Of a DNA stretch of 64,000 bases, positions 14,588 to 28,060 are shown piece by piece; within the stretch, counting starts at the first letter, position 1; the number at the start of each line of letters is the position of its first letter. The notes beneath the pieces were generated by a model, which ran no database searches, was not told where the DNA came from, and saw nothing but the letters and a program-made list of their open reading frames with translations. Made by a program: the position numbers and the translations under genes. Source of the DNA: Octopus vulgaris (lineage: Eukaryota); NCBI GenBank assembly GCA_951406725.2, contig OX597832.1:27032001-27096000 (forward strand), written 5' to 3'.

Positions 14588-17500
14588 TATACATGCATAG
14601 GTTGGCAACAAAAAGTTGGCTCAAGACTTTGTAGCCCCACTCCTACGTAATCATCTGGAACTGTCCAAGGAGCAAATGGTCACTATCCACATTGGTGTTC
14701 GCTCATGGCTGACCCGTAACTGGTTTTAGTGGAGTCCCACTTTGAGATCGGATCACAATATCTATTGTAAACCAATGTAGATTTTTAAAAAGGCATAAAT
14801 AAAACCATTCTCTGCTATATGTATATTTTGTGCATGCGTGCTTGCATGTGTGTGTGTGTATATGTAGTTATGTATAGGTATGAGTGTATGTATATTTAAT
14901 CATGTGTGCTGTTATGTAAATGCGTAAGGAAAGAGTGTGTGTGTGTGTGTGTGCAATAATCATCATCATCGTTCAGACAATAATCCATTAAAACTGCCTA
15001 GCCTACACTTAGCTGTCACATCAATGGGCTTATAAACAATCAATGTCATAAATATTAAACTACTCCATTGCCTCTAACCACCACCACCACCACCACCACT
15101 GCTACCACCACCACTGCACCACAACCACCACCACCACCACCACCACCACCAACACCATCACAACCAGCTTCCAATCAGTAACACAACAAAATGAGGATTT
15201 TAAGTTCATGGAGGTCACAAGCAGAATATTTAATGGAGTAGCAGTTTATATATACACGCACATACGTATATTAAGATATAGACATGAGCATGTGTGTGTG
15301 TGTGTGTGTGTAAGCTACAACACATTTTTCAAAACAACAGAAAGAACACCAGACTCCAGTGTTTGTGACACTGAATATGATTCTAATGAGAATTGAAATC
15401 TTCTTCCTCCAATGATCAGGTTACCAAGAATTTAGGAGTTTTAACAAGGAATTCATTTACAGCATAACAATGTTTCCAAATATACAAACTGTGTCAGTGG
15501 AGTAGCCATGCTCACATACATGCATATGTGTGTATGTATGTATGTATGTATATATATATAAATATATACACACACATATAAAGTAATTATTTGGACTTTG
15601 GGTAAACAGTTTGTAGTATTCCGATTAAAGCACTTTCACTGTTTGGGTTACCAGTTTCGATATAAATATCATTGGATCTACCTCAAGAATTCCCTCATTC
15701 ATATATATATATATATATATATGATTTACCATGTTGGGCCACTGAACTCAACATGTTTTTCCATTCACTCTCAATGCATTTTCTCTAGGCTTGAAACGTA
15801 AAAGACTTTCCCATTTTTCCTGAGTGTCAAACTAACACATTTGGTTGTTGTCCCTACACCTGTCCTCGTTTTTTGTTTTACTATAAATTTGAACTATATA
15901 TATATATATTAGACAGGGTCCTTTAGTCTTGGTGAAGACAAGACAACCTCTCTAATGCTGGTGCCACAATAAAATACACCCAGTACATTTTGTAAAGCAG
16001 CTGGCATAACACCTTCTCTGAGATAAAGAGATGAAAAACTTCAAATAAAAGAATCACACAGATTCATCTTTGGATAAAGACCATTCAACTCTACTCAAAG
16101 TAGTGACTATTTTATTTATCCATTTTGTTTCCTTGTAATTCACACTGTTATGAATCCACAATAATCACATGCACACACAATGTGTGTGTGTGTGTGTGAG
16201 GTTGAACTTTATAAAGGTGGTGTCCCAACATTTCTGCAACTAACTAACTGAAACTGATTAAAGAACCATGTATGTATTGTCACAGAAATTCTCTGTTCTA
16301 ACTAACCTACCTGTAATCTAATACTGGGGTCAAATTTAATCAATTAACAAGACATAATGCTTACCAGCATTTCATCTGCCTTTACATTCTGAGTTCAAGT
16401 TCACTTTGCTTTTTATCCTTTTGTAGGTTTGATAAAACAAGTGCTGGTCAAACATTAGGGTTGTTGTAACCAACTGGGTCCCCTCCTCAAAGTTTTAGAT
16501 GTGATACATCTGAGGGCAGCAAACTGGCAGAACCATTAGTATGCAGGACAAAATACCTATTTCTTTACTACCCACAAGGGGCTAAACAAGGACAGACAAA
16601 CAGATTATATTGACTCCAGTGCGTAACTGGTACTTAATTTATTGACCCTGAAAGGATGAAAGGCAAAGTTGACCTCGGTGGAATTTGAACTCAGAACGTA
16701 ACAGCAGACGAAATATGGCTATGCATTTCACCCGATGTGCTAGCCTACCGCCTTTATGCAGGACAAAATACCTTGCAGGATTTCATCTGTCTTGGTGCTT
16801 TGAGCTAAAATTCTGCCAAATTCAACCTTGCCTTTCATCTTTACGGGGCCAGTAAAATAAATACCAGTCATACACTGGGATCCTTGTAATTAACTAGTCC
16901 GCCAAGCCCCTTTGTGCTTATAGTAGAAAGGACTGTTATTATAATTATTTACCAAGGTCATCTTTGTCTTTCCCTCTTTTGGGGTCAAACTAAAGAACCA
17001 GTCAAGTACTGGGAGTGGGGGGAATGTATTCAACTTGTGACCCCATCTTACCTCAAAATTACTGGCCTTGTGCCAAAATTAGAAGCCACCACCACAACCA
17101 CCACTACTGCCTCTGTTTTCATAGAAGTAGAGTGAGAGAAAACAAAATTAGGGTAAACACCTAACAGTCTATCTATGAAGCCCTAAGTTCTGAGTTCAAA
17201 TTTTACCAAAACTTAGGAGCTTTCTCTCTCTCTCTCTCTCTCTCTGCAGTGGATAACATAAAACAAACCCTAAGTACCTGTCATATGCTGGGCACTCTTC
17301 CACATCCTATTTCACTCCTATCCGACTTGCAGAAACTTTCTTTTTCTGCAAAATTTGATGCCATGTGTTTTGCCCAGTACAAAGTGTATCCATCATTGTT
17401 ATCCCTGATGTCACACCTCCCTTTTATTCATCCTTCCCCTATCGTCAACAATCCCAGAAATCCCTTAGCCAGGGGCAGTATGTGTTCTTCTGACTACCAC

Positions 17501-18630
17501 CACCACCACCACCACTGAGGGTTACAATGGAAGGTGAATGGTTGAGGCAGGGAGACAGTCCTGACTAGAACAGACATAATAACATCAGGACTGGCAAATC
17601 AACTGTCATACTCTGAAGTGTGTAGATGTGTGTGTGTCTGTGTGTGTGTGTGTGTGTGTCTGCGTGTGTGTGTGTGTGTGTTTATGTATGTCTGTATGTA
17701 TATGGGAAGTGTTAAGGGTAGAAAGGGGGAGTTAGGGGCTCTGAAGAACCCCCAAGTCTTGAATAAAGAAGTTGTCAGTCTGTAATGGTGTAGTTGTGTT
17801 GGTGTTGATGGTGGTGGTCGTGGTGGTGGTGGTGGTTTATGATGTAGTGGAGAGGTAGTGGTGACATTATGCAGAGTGATCTGTTGTAGTATGGGCTGTA
17901 GTATATAGCAGTGTTGTTGTGATAGTGGTTGTAGTTGTGGCGGAGGTTATGCTACAGTATAAGAGAAAGTATTGTAGTGTATGATATTGTGTTGTAGAGG
18001 TGGTAGTATACAGAGTGTCCAAAACATGTTGCGAGAGGTAGGTAGGTAGGTGGTTGTGGTAGTGTGATGATAACGGTAAGATATTAGTGGTGGTGGTGGT
18101 GGTAGTTTTGCTGATGGTTATGACAGCGATTGTAAAGGTGTAGGTTGTAGTATAATGATGGTGACAATCGTCGTGTTATTGTAGTAGTAGTAGTGGTTGT
18201 GGTGATGGTGGTGGTGGTAGCGGTGATGGTAGTAGTTGTCGTATGTGCTGTAGTTGTTGTGGTAGTAGTTCTATACTACTGCACTAGTTCGTAGTTGTGG
18301 TTGTAGTGGTGGTGGTGGTAGCAAACAATGGTCTGTCAATAACAAAGATGAACAAAAGAAGCTGACAGCCCAGGCTGGAACAACATGAGGGGGTGGAATC
18401 CCGCGCGCGTGTGTATATATACACACATCGATGTGTGTATGTATGTATGTATACACCCACACACACAACGGGCACATGTGTATAAAGACAGCGCGATTTA
18501 CATGTTTCACACGTGTGTATATACAAATACAGCAATATATATACATTTCACAGGAGTGTATATGTGTGTATACATTTATTTAGTTATTTATCTAGTTTCA
18601 GCTCACAAGCAGTGGCCATGCTGGGGCACC

Positions 18631-18682
<52 letters not shown>

Positions 18683-19330
18683 CACACACAGACACAAATC
18701 ACAGAATATATATACACACATACACAATCATATATATATATATATATACACACACATATACACACACACATATACATACATACATACACATACATACATA
18801 CTCACACACATACATACATACATGTGTATATAGCGGTATAAACACTGTAAACGACAGGGTGTATATAAATATAGAGTATGACAAACACAATCCATACGAC
18901 AGTGTATATACCTTTAACACACACACACACACACGATGTATATACATCCCAAAGGTATACATTGATTTATAAATAGACACAATATACACAAGTGTGTGTG
19001 TGTGTGGACATAAATATACATACATGACATCACGAGATACATACAATTATATACGCAATCGCGTGCATCGTATACACACACACATATACACTCACATACA
19101 TACATATATATATATATACACATGTACATACAGAAACTAATATAATATTTGGTCGAACATAGACACGCACACACACACAAATATGTACACACACACACAC
19201 ACATACATATACACACATATATACATACACACACATACATATGTACATACACACATCCATACATACACGCACATACATATGTACATACACACATACATAT
19301 GTACATACACACACATACATACATATGTAA

Positions 19331-19377
<47 letters not shown>

Positions 19378-19969
19378 AATATACATACATACATGCAGAG
19401 GTACAAATATATACTGGCGTACACACACACATATGATTACCTATTGGTTGACATGCAGGTACACATTGACATCTATATATATATACATACACACACAAAG
19501 GTACACTTTGGTAGACACACACACACACACATACATACATACAGGTAATACATTGACACATGTACATCCACAAAGGTACACACTGACACACACAGATACA
19601 GACACATAGTTACCAACTCACACACACTGACATATACTGACAGACAGTGTGAGCCGCACACAGACACATTAACACTGAAACACACACACACACAGTGTGA
19701 GAGAAAGAAAAAGAAAGAACGAGAAAAAGAGCACGAGAGAGAGAGGGAGGGAGAGAGAAAGAAAGAAAGAAGAGAGAAAAGAGAGAGAGAGAGAGAGAGA
19801 GAGAAAGAAAGAAAGAAAAAAGAGAGAGAGGGAGGGGAGAGAGAGAAAGTGTGTAGAAGACAATGGAGTCGATGTTAAAAGAAAGACAAAGTCGGCAGAA
19901 GACAGAATGGCGAGGGAATAACAAGAAAACGGAAAGATGGAAGAGAAAGTAAATGGAGGAGAAACTTAC

Positions 19970-20170
19970 GTTGAAGTCTTTACGTCGTGTCGGTGTCGTG
20001 ACAGAGAGATAAACGAGAGAGGTAAGAAGATGTCGAGGCGGCCAAGGTGATGATATAATAATAAATAGAGATGCCCACAAGGACGATGGCAGCCGACCGC
20101 CGTTGTTGTTGTTGTTGTTAGTGTAAATAAAAAGGACAGACGACACAGTTGAATGGGATTGTACCGGAGG
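19970..20170 (-). other. Candidate non-coding first exon of a minus-strand gene
   Basis: CpG-rich unique sequence ending in donor AAC|GTAAGT (19969-19964); long (CT)-rich tract upstream; no ATG. Confidence 0.4.
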
Positions 20171-20987
20171 GAGGGAGGGAGGGAGAAAGTGAAAGGCTGT
20201 AGAGAGAGGGGGAGAGAGAGAGAGAAGAAGTGATAGGATTATAGAGAGCGGGAGGAGAAGTGATATACTATAGAGAGTGAGAAGTAATGAGGATACTATA
20301 TATACATATATATATATTTATATATATAACACATACATACTATATATATATATATATATGACAGACAGTGAGGGGAGGAGAAGTGGCTGACTGATTGACT
20401 GGCAGAGGGTGAGAGAGAGATTGAGGCAGAGACAATGATGTGAGAGAGTGAGTGAGTGAGTGAGTGAAAGAGGGAAAGGAAGGGGAGGGGAAGACTGGAG
20501 GCATATGGAGAGTAAGTAATAAACGAGTGGGAGGGAGAATTAAATAGTGAGAGGAGGAAAGGGAGAAGTAGAAATAGAGAGCGGAAGGTAGAGGAGGAGG
20601 CAAAGAGGAAACCGAAAGGAAGGGAAGGCGGGGGTGGGGGTGAACAAGTTAAAAGCGGAGGAGGGGGGGGGATAATTAATAGAGATTAAGATGGATATGA
20701 AAGAGAGAGGGAGGGGGAGGGGAAACATACGTTATGAGAGAGGAGGAGGAGGGGGTAAAACAAAGGAAGACAGAGTAAAAGAGAATAAAACAGGAAATTA
20801 AAGAGCCAGAGAGAGAGAGAGAGAGAGAGAGAGGGAATAAGAGAGTGAGAGATAATCCATGCAAGTCAATCCACCAATGGTTGTGTAATGCGTGAGTATG
20901 TCTTATGTTTGGCAACTACACACACACACAAACATTTGTATTGAGTACTTCATGATCATAAGATTATCATATACATACATTCATTTC

Positions 20988-21019
<32 letters not shown>

Positions 21020-22336
21020 GTTATATATATATATATGTTATATATTATATAATATATATATTTATAATATATATATGTATATTATATATATAATGTGTGT
21101 GTGTGTTATATATTTATGTTATATATATATTATATATGCTTGTTTACCAAGTAACATGGCTCCAGGTTCAGTCCCACTGCGTGGCACCTTGGGCAAGTGT
21201 CTTCTACTATAGCCTTGGGCCAACCAAAGCCTTGTGAGTGGATTTGGTAGACGGAAACTGAAAGAAGTCCGTCGTATATATGTATGTATATATATATATG
21301 TATGCGTGTGTGTGTGTTTGTGTGTCTGTGTTTGTCCCCCTAGCATTGCTTGACAACCGATGCTGGTGTGTTTACGTCCCCGTTACTTAGCGGTTCGGCA
21401 AAAGAGACCGATAGAATAAGTACTGGGCTTACAAAGAATATGTCCCAGGGTCGATTTGATCGACTAAAGGCGGTGCTCCAGCATGGCCGCAGTCAAATGA
21501 CTGAAACAAGTAAAAGAGAAAAGAGTAGAGTATATATAATATATGTGTGCGTGTGTGTTATATATCTATGTTATATATATATATATATATATATATAAAG
21601 TTATATATATATATAATATATATTGTATAATATACATGTATATTTATTACATATATCTTATATAATAATATATATATATATTAAATATATTGTACATCTT
21701 TTAAATAGATATGTATTACATATACAAACACAAAACATGTAGTTTATATGTGGACATGTTATGTGTGTGTGTATATGCAAATACACACACACACACACAG
21801 ATGGACATATGCAAATATCTTTCAAGTGAAACCAGCAGCAGCAGCAGTAGCCTCTCTACGACCGACCCCGGTCACTGACATGGTTCTACAACAGCTCTCG
21901 GTCAGAATGGAACTATGTCAATGACCAGGTCAGGGTGGCATGAAAATGGAAATGTCGGCACCTCAAGAAACGGAGAGTGAATCTCACCGACCTTTTTGGG
22001 TGTTCTAAAATGACGAAATGAAAATTGCTTTTGTGTGCATGGCCAAGTGGTTAAGGTGTTGGCTCATGAGTGCAAGACTGTGGTTTCATTCCCCAGACCA
22101 GGTGGTGCATTGTGTCCTTAAGCAAGACACTTCATTTCACATCACTTTAGTTGACCCAGCTGTTACTTTAGCTGACCTTGAAATGGATTTGCGTTCTGTT
22201 AATCCTTTAGAATTTAATCTGATCATATCAGGGCCCAAATATTCTACCTGTTTTATGCTATAACTGACCAGATTCATCCTCTCACACCTACCCTACAATG
22301 TCATTCTAAAAATATAAAGACCCCTTTTGGTAATGA

Positions 22337-22650
22337 ATGACCATGGGGCTTCACCAAGAAAGTTCCGTTCTGAGGCACAAGTCTGGGCAAGGTTGTTTAT
22401 GGAAGACCAGCAGTCGCCCATGCATATCAGCTCCCCTCTCCATGCCACTGATGTCCAAGGGAAAGGCAAAGGGGCCGATACAGCTTGGCACCAGTGACAC
22501 CAAAACCCATTTCTACAGCTGAGTGAACTGGAGCAACATGACATAAAGTGACTTGCTCAAGAACACAACATACAACCTGGTCTGGGAATCGAACTCACTA
22601 CCTCATGGTTGTGACTCCAGTGCTCTAACCACTGAGCCATGGACCTTTAT
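22337..22650 (-). mobile_element. Another tRNA-headed SINE nested in a TTAA MITE
   Basis: Minus head ATGGCTCAGTGGTTAGAGCA...GAGTTCGATTCCC (A/B boxes); related head at about 22035-22175(+). Confidence 0.75.
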
Positions 22651-22704
22651 TCGAAAAATATATAAATGCACCATAGAAATTTTGAAGCTACAAGATAATG
22701 CATA

Positions 22705-23036
22705 CAATTGCAGTGTGGAAGGTGTTTATAAGCCATTTAAGAAACACACAAAAGCCGTTCGATTCACTTCAACATTTAAGTTTAATTTGTCAAAATATTT
22801 TCGTCGCTAAAATCCGCGACCTGTTCACTGACAAAAATCAGCATGGATTTTTGTCAGTGAACAGGTCACGGATTTTAGCGACGAAAATATTTTGACAAAT
22901 TAAACTTAAATGTTGAAGTGAATCGAACGGCTTTTGTGTGTTTCTTAAATGGCTTATAAACACCTTCCACACTGCAATTGCTTTCGTTTCAGCACACGAT
23001 CTCAGATCAAATCACTTGCTATGCGAGTACATCTCC
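22705..23036 (+). mobile_element. Penelope-like insertion, family C: 135-bp inverted repeat + 56-nt tail
   Basis: Arms 22705-22839 and 22846-22980 (1 mismatch, 6-nt loop); 12-bp TSD AGATAATGCATA at 22693-22704 and 23037-23048; contains a hammerhead-like motif. Confidence 0.8.
22850..22899 (+). ncRNA. Minimal type-I hammerhead ribozyme motif, G3-C8 core variant (mirror copy on - at 22786-22835)
   Basis: TTTGTCA-GTGAACA-G-GTC(A/G)C-GGATTTTA-GCGAC-GAAA-ATAT-TT-TGACAAA: 7-bp stem I, 5-bp stem II (perfect in the minus copy), palindromic helix III. Confidence 0.7.
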
Positions 23037-23464
23037 AGATAATGCATAATTAATTCAAAACTATGAATAAATAAGAAATCTGAATGCTAAAAGGTTAAGG
23101 AAGAATATGGGGGGGGGGTCTCATTCAAAAGCTATAATAATGCAAAGAAGTGCATTGTGGCCAGCAGTGTATAACAGCATTGGATATAGCTTGACCATTA
23201 TAGTAATATACATATATGTGTGTATATGGGTGTGTAGTGTGCCAGAGAGAGGAATGCATAGGTATTGTCATGACTACACTCATGGAGTGGTTGGCATTAG
23301 GAAGGGCATCCAGCTGTAGAAACACTGCCAGATCAGACTAGAGTCTGGTGCAGCCTCCTGGATTCCCAGACTCCGGTCGAACCATCCAACCCATGCTAGC
23401 ATGGAAAACGGACGTTAAACAATGACGATGATGGTGATGATGATGATGATGTGGTGTGTGTGTG

Positions 23465-23660
23465 TATGGATGAAGACAGCTTTCATAAGGAAGCGCTGAT
23501 CACAGAATGTGGATGGAACCTGTGGAAGAGGAAGACATGGGATAAAATGGTGAATAAAGGACTTGAGAGATGTTGAGGTTCACAGCAGAGGAGATGACAA
23601 AGGACAGAAATGATGATTGATGGTTTGCTCCGCCTGAAAGGACTCGTCTGTCTAAGTAAA
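23465..23660 (+). mobile_element. Degenerate RTE ORF 3' end
   Basis: Similar to the MDEDS...GRGRPRKTW...LTEEMT segment of the 25677-25871 ORF. Confidence 0.6.
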
Positions 23661-25066
23661 ATTGATGCCTCCTGGAAGACATGTCATGTTATGCCTATCT
23701 GCATCCATACAATCTGTCCCTGACAAATCTCTCCCCCACCACAACTTTCTCTATTTGTGTTCACTTGCTCTATACCCCTTCCTTCCATCTCCCACTCTTA
23801 CCTACCCTCACCCCTATCCAATCGTCTGCACCACTTCATTGATATACAAATCCCTGTAACTCAAGGTTACACCTCAATGCCTCACCTTCATCATCTTCCC
23901 TTTCAAACTGGGTCAGCCATGTGTCTCCTCTACATCAAGACCTATTTTACTCCTTCTACCATACCCGAACCTCTCATTACCTGGTACAAATCCACCTCCC
24001 CCAATACAACTCCCCTTTCCCTCAGCTGAATAAGGGGTCTTGTCTTGTAAGTGTTGTGGTCACCTCACTGGTGCTGGTGCAACATAAAAAGCACCCAGTT
24101 CACTCTGTAAAGTGTGGAAAGCATTAGGAAGGGCGTCCAGCTGTAGAAACCAGGCCTGACAGTGGTGCATGGTGCAGGCTTCTGACTCGCTACTCCTCTC
24201 AAACCATATAATCTATACCAGTGGATGTTAAATGATGACGATGACGACGACAATATGTAACAGATTGCATATTATCCTTGGAAACAGAAAATGAAACTAA
24301 CCGTCATATTGAGGCGGTTTCAACATATATTAAATGGTTTTATTAATTTACTCTTTGTGTCAAGTTCTTATTTGCTGTGTTTGTATATACAATTAGATTC
24401 AATTATTCAATGGTTAAGAAACTCGTTTTGCAACCACGTGGTTTCTACTCTGGCCTTAATTAAGCTGATCAATACTTTGTGAGTAAATTTAGTCATACTT
24501 TATTTAAATACTTTAAAGAAAGAAATAAAACCGATTTCAGAGATTAACTGAAAGTACATGACTTGTATATTACAAGCATATGATGGCATGACGGATATAG
24601 TAGAAAAAAACCCCCCAAAAAACAAGCTTTTATTCAATTTCTTAAGCAAAGACAATAAAGAAAAAAGAATTTAAGTCAAAAATATATGACATGGCCACCA
24701 TGGATATTAAATATTTCTAATGCTGATGGCGAAGATGAATGTTCCAGCCAAAGCTACCGAGAAACTCTGCCACAGTCTTGGGGTTCTCTTGTTGAGCAAC
24801 ACACAAATTATGAAGGCATTCTTGTAGCGACACTTTTTTTTTTCCTCTGATATTTTTTCAGTGGCTTTTCTTCGTGTGACTTTTACGGATTCTCTTTTCC
24901 CACCACCAGACCTTGAGAAAACAATTTTACCATAAGAAAGGAGAAAGTACATTTAATATCAATCTGTGAGTCCCAGAATTTATATGAAAGATTTCATCTG
25001 AGAAGATTGACTCTGATTCGAAAATTATTAATAACACTCAACCCGTGGAAAACACTAAGACCTGCC

Positions 25067-25870
25067 TCATCATCATCATCATCATCATTTAGCGTCCGTT
25101 TTCCATGCTAGCATGGGTTGGACGGTTCTACTGGGGTCTGTGAAGCCAGAAGGCTTCATCAGGCCCAGTCAAATCTGGCAGTGTTTCTACGGCTGGATGC
25201 CCTTCCTAACGCCAACCACTCCGTGAGTGTAGTGGGTGCTTTTACGTGCCACCCGCACTGGTGCCAGACAGAGCTGGCAAACGGCCACGAACGGATGGTG
25301 CTTTTTATGTGCCACCGGCACGAGGGCCAGGCGAGGCTGGCAACGGACACGAAACGGGGCGGTGCTGGCAACGGTCGTGAAACGGAAAGTTCTCTTACAT
25401 GCCACCGGCACTGGTAACACATCTGCAATTTCCATTGATCGATTTCCATTGATCGATTTCGATTCTGATCCTCACTTGCCTCAATGGGTCTTCACAAGCA
25501 GAGTTTCGACATGCCACCGGCACTGGTAGCACATCCGCAATTTCCATTGATCGATTTCGATTCTGATCCTCACTTGCCTCAACACGTCTTCACAAGTAGA
25601 GTTTTGTGTCCCAAGAAGGGAAGGTATGCATACGTAGGCTGGCTCCATCCCATGTAGAAGGCCACGGGTTGTGGACTCACTTGTCCTGCCGGGTCTTCTC
25701 GCGCACAGCACACTTCCAGAGGTCTCGGTCTCTAGTCATTTCCTCAGTGAGACCTAAAGTTCGAAGGTCGTGCTTCACCACCTCGTCCCAGGTTTTCCTG
25801 GGTCTGCCTCTTCCACAGGTTCCCTCAACCGCTAGGGTGTGGCACTTTTTCACACAACTATCTTCATCCA
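25067..25870 (-). mobile_element. RTE LINE 3' fragment with ~120-bp internal tandem duplication in the UTR
   Basis: ORF end GRGRPRKTWDEVVKHDL...REKTRQDK*; duplicated segment about 25398-25590; (CAT)n tail. Confidence 0.9.
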
Positions 25871-27039
25871 AGAAAATTGTATACAGTGCTCAGGTGAACC
25901 ACAAATGCTCAGGTGTGGCATAATGTTTTGCCTTTTATGATTTTAGAAATTATGGTGTAGGAGTGGCTGTGTGGTAAGTAGCTTGCTTACCAACCACATG
26001 GTTCCAGGTTCAGTCCCACTGTGTGGCACCTTGGGCAAGTGTCTTCTATTATAGCCTCGGGCCGACCAAAGCCTTGTGAGTGGATTTGGTAGACGGAAAC
26101 TGAAAGAAGCCCGTCATATATATATGTCTATACATATATAGATGTATGTGTGTGTATGTATTTGTCCCTCCAACATCGCTTGACAACCGATGCTGGTGTG
26201 TTTACGTCCCCGTAACTTAGCGGTTGAGCAAAAGAGACCGATAGAATAAGTACTAGGCTTCCAAAGAATAAGTCCTGGGGTCGATTTGCTCGACTAAAGG
26301 CAGTGCTCCAGCATGGCCACAGTCAAATGACTGAAACAAGTAAAAGAGTAAAGAGTAGTCTAACCCTTTAGCACTTAAACAAGACAGAACCAACCTAAAT
26401 ATTTTACCTGTTTTATGTTCAAACTGGCTAGATTCAGCCTCTCCCACACACCTTACAATGCCATTCTAAAAATTAGCAGTTACCTCATTAAAATCTCGAA
26501 GCTACGAGATAATATGTGATTAATTTTTTAAAATGTGAATAAATAAGCATTAAATTTGATAAATTAATCTGAATGCTAAAGGCTTAAGGAAGATCTGGCT
26601 GCTATTTCTAGCTGATCAAGAGACCACATAAAGGTTCATCATGTGTCTGCGCTGTTACCATAGAGACACACAGTTGCAACTTCCTGTATGTTTGCAATGG
26701 AAGCTTCCAATTGGTTAAAATTACATAACTTTAAATGCTTGTAACTTCTTGCAAAAAAAAAGAGAAATGAAAAATGAATATGATTTTCGTCATCAGCATG
26801 CAAAATTACACCAAAACTACATTTTCTCCAAAATTTCAAATATTTGAAATGGTTTGAAAAAAATTTAACAAGATCTGAATTTGGCTGTTGTTTCTAGCAG
26901 ATTGAGCAACTGAGTAAAAACACCCACATTAACTCCCCAATGGACAGTAGCTTGGGTAGGAATGGTGGTGGTAGTGAGACAGAGGTGGGGGTGAGAGTGG
27001 TGTTGGTGGTTGCATTAGATGGCAGCTGGTAATAACATT

Positions 27040-27140
27040 GATGGTGGTGATGGTGATACTGATGGTGTCCTTGGTTAGTAAGCAGTTAGTAGTATGGATG
27101 GTGATGGTGGTGATGATGGTGATGGTAGTGGTGGCAGAGA

Positions 27141-27174
<34 letters not shown>

Positions 27175-27500
27175 GATGGTAGTGGTGGCAGAGATGATGA
27201 TGATGATGATGGTGGTGGTGATGGTAGTGGTAGTGACGGTAGTGGTGGTGGTGGTGGTGGTGGTGGTGATGATGGTGATGATAGTGGTGGCAGAGATGAT
27301 GATGATGATGATGATGATGGTGGTGATGGTGGTGGTGGTGATGATGGTGATGGTGGTAGTGGTGGCAGAGATGATGAGGATGATGATGGTGGTGGTGGTG
27401 ATGGTAGTGGTGGCAGAGATGATGATGATGATGGTGGTGATGGTAGTGGTGACAGGTATGACGATAATGATGATGATCATCATGATCATCATCATCATTG
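27040..27500. repeat. Higher-order (GAT)n/(GGT)n trinucleotide minisatellite
   Basis: Unit GGTAGTGGTGGCAGAGATGATG... x5; similar tracts at 1075-1325, 36200-36450, 38155-38400. Confidence 0.95.
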
Positions 27501-27764
27501 GGACATGATTGAATGATAGGGGGGGGAGGCAGACAGTGAGATAGATGTAAGGACACCTGGAGGTTGATGTAGCAGGGGGTAGGATAGGGGTGAGCAGACT
27601 AGACCAGAGGGAATATAGAGAGGCTGAGGGTGGAGTGGCGAGACTGGCTGTCTTTTACTTTCCTGCCATTGTCAAGGTGCCACTATGGAGTTTCTTTGTG
27701 CTGTAATTAAGACATAGAAAACAACCCCCCACCATTGCAATGGCAGAGTGTTGTTATAAGTATA

Positions 27765-28060
27765 GGGGGGAGAGAGATGAGAGTGGAAGGAGGAGGAAAC
27801 GGAGAGAGAGAGTGACAGAGGAGAGGGAGAGAGATATAGAAAGGGAATAAAGAGGGGGAAACAGGAAGAAAGAAAAAGAGAAAGGGAAAGAGGGAGAAAG
27901 AGATAGAGAGAGGATTAAGGGGGAGAGAGAGATGTGAGGGAAAGAGATATAGAAAGGGAATAAAGAGAGAGAAAAAGAAAGAAAGAAAAAGAGAAAGGGA
28001 AAGAGGGAGAAAGAGATAGAGAGGGGATTAAGGGAGAGAGAGAGAGAGAAATAGTATAGG
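27765..28060. repeat. Polypurine tract with ~115-bp tandem duplication
   Basis: GAGATATAGAAAGGGAATAAA...GAGGATTAAGGG occurs twice. Confidence 0.8.

Larger units (their letters stand above)
22203..23094. mobile_element. piggyBac-type MITE family 2, host of a SINE and of PLE family C
   Basis: TTAA|TCCTTTAG...GCTAAAAGG|TTAA; uninterrupted relatives at about 26364-26583 and 56769-56979. Confidence 0.7.

Noticed and set aside
15640-15810. Hammerhead-like GAAACTGGTA (-) and GAAACGTA (+) fragments in (TA)n-flanked inserts
   Set aside because: No intact NUGANNA core with a pairing stem I could be built; possibly decayed PLE ends
26780-26800. CTGATGA-C-GAAA on the minus strand
   Set aside because: No stem II between the core halves; more likely a DNA-transposon subterminal motif
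26929-27556. Poly-His, poly-Thr/Ile and Gly/Asp ORFs in four frames
   Set aside because: Trinucleotide minisatellite; no splice signals or homology
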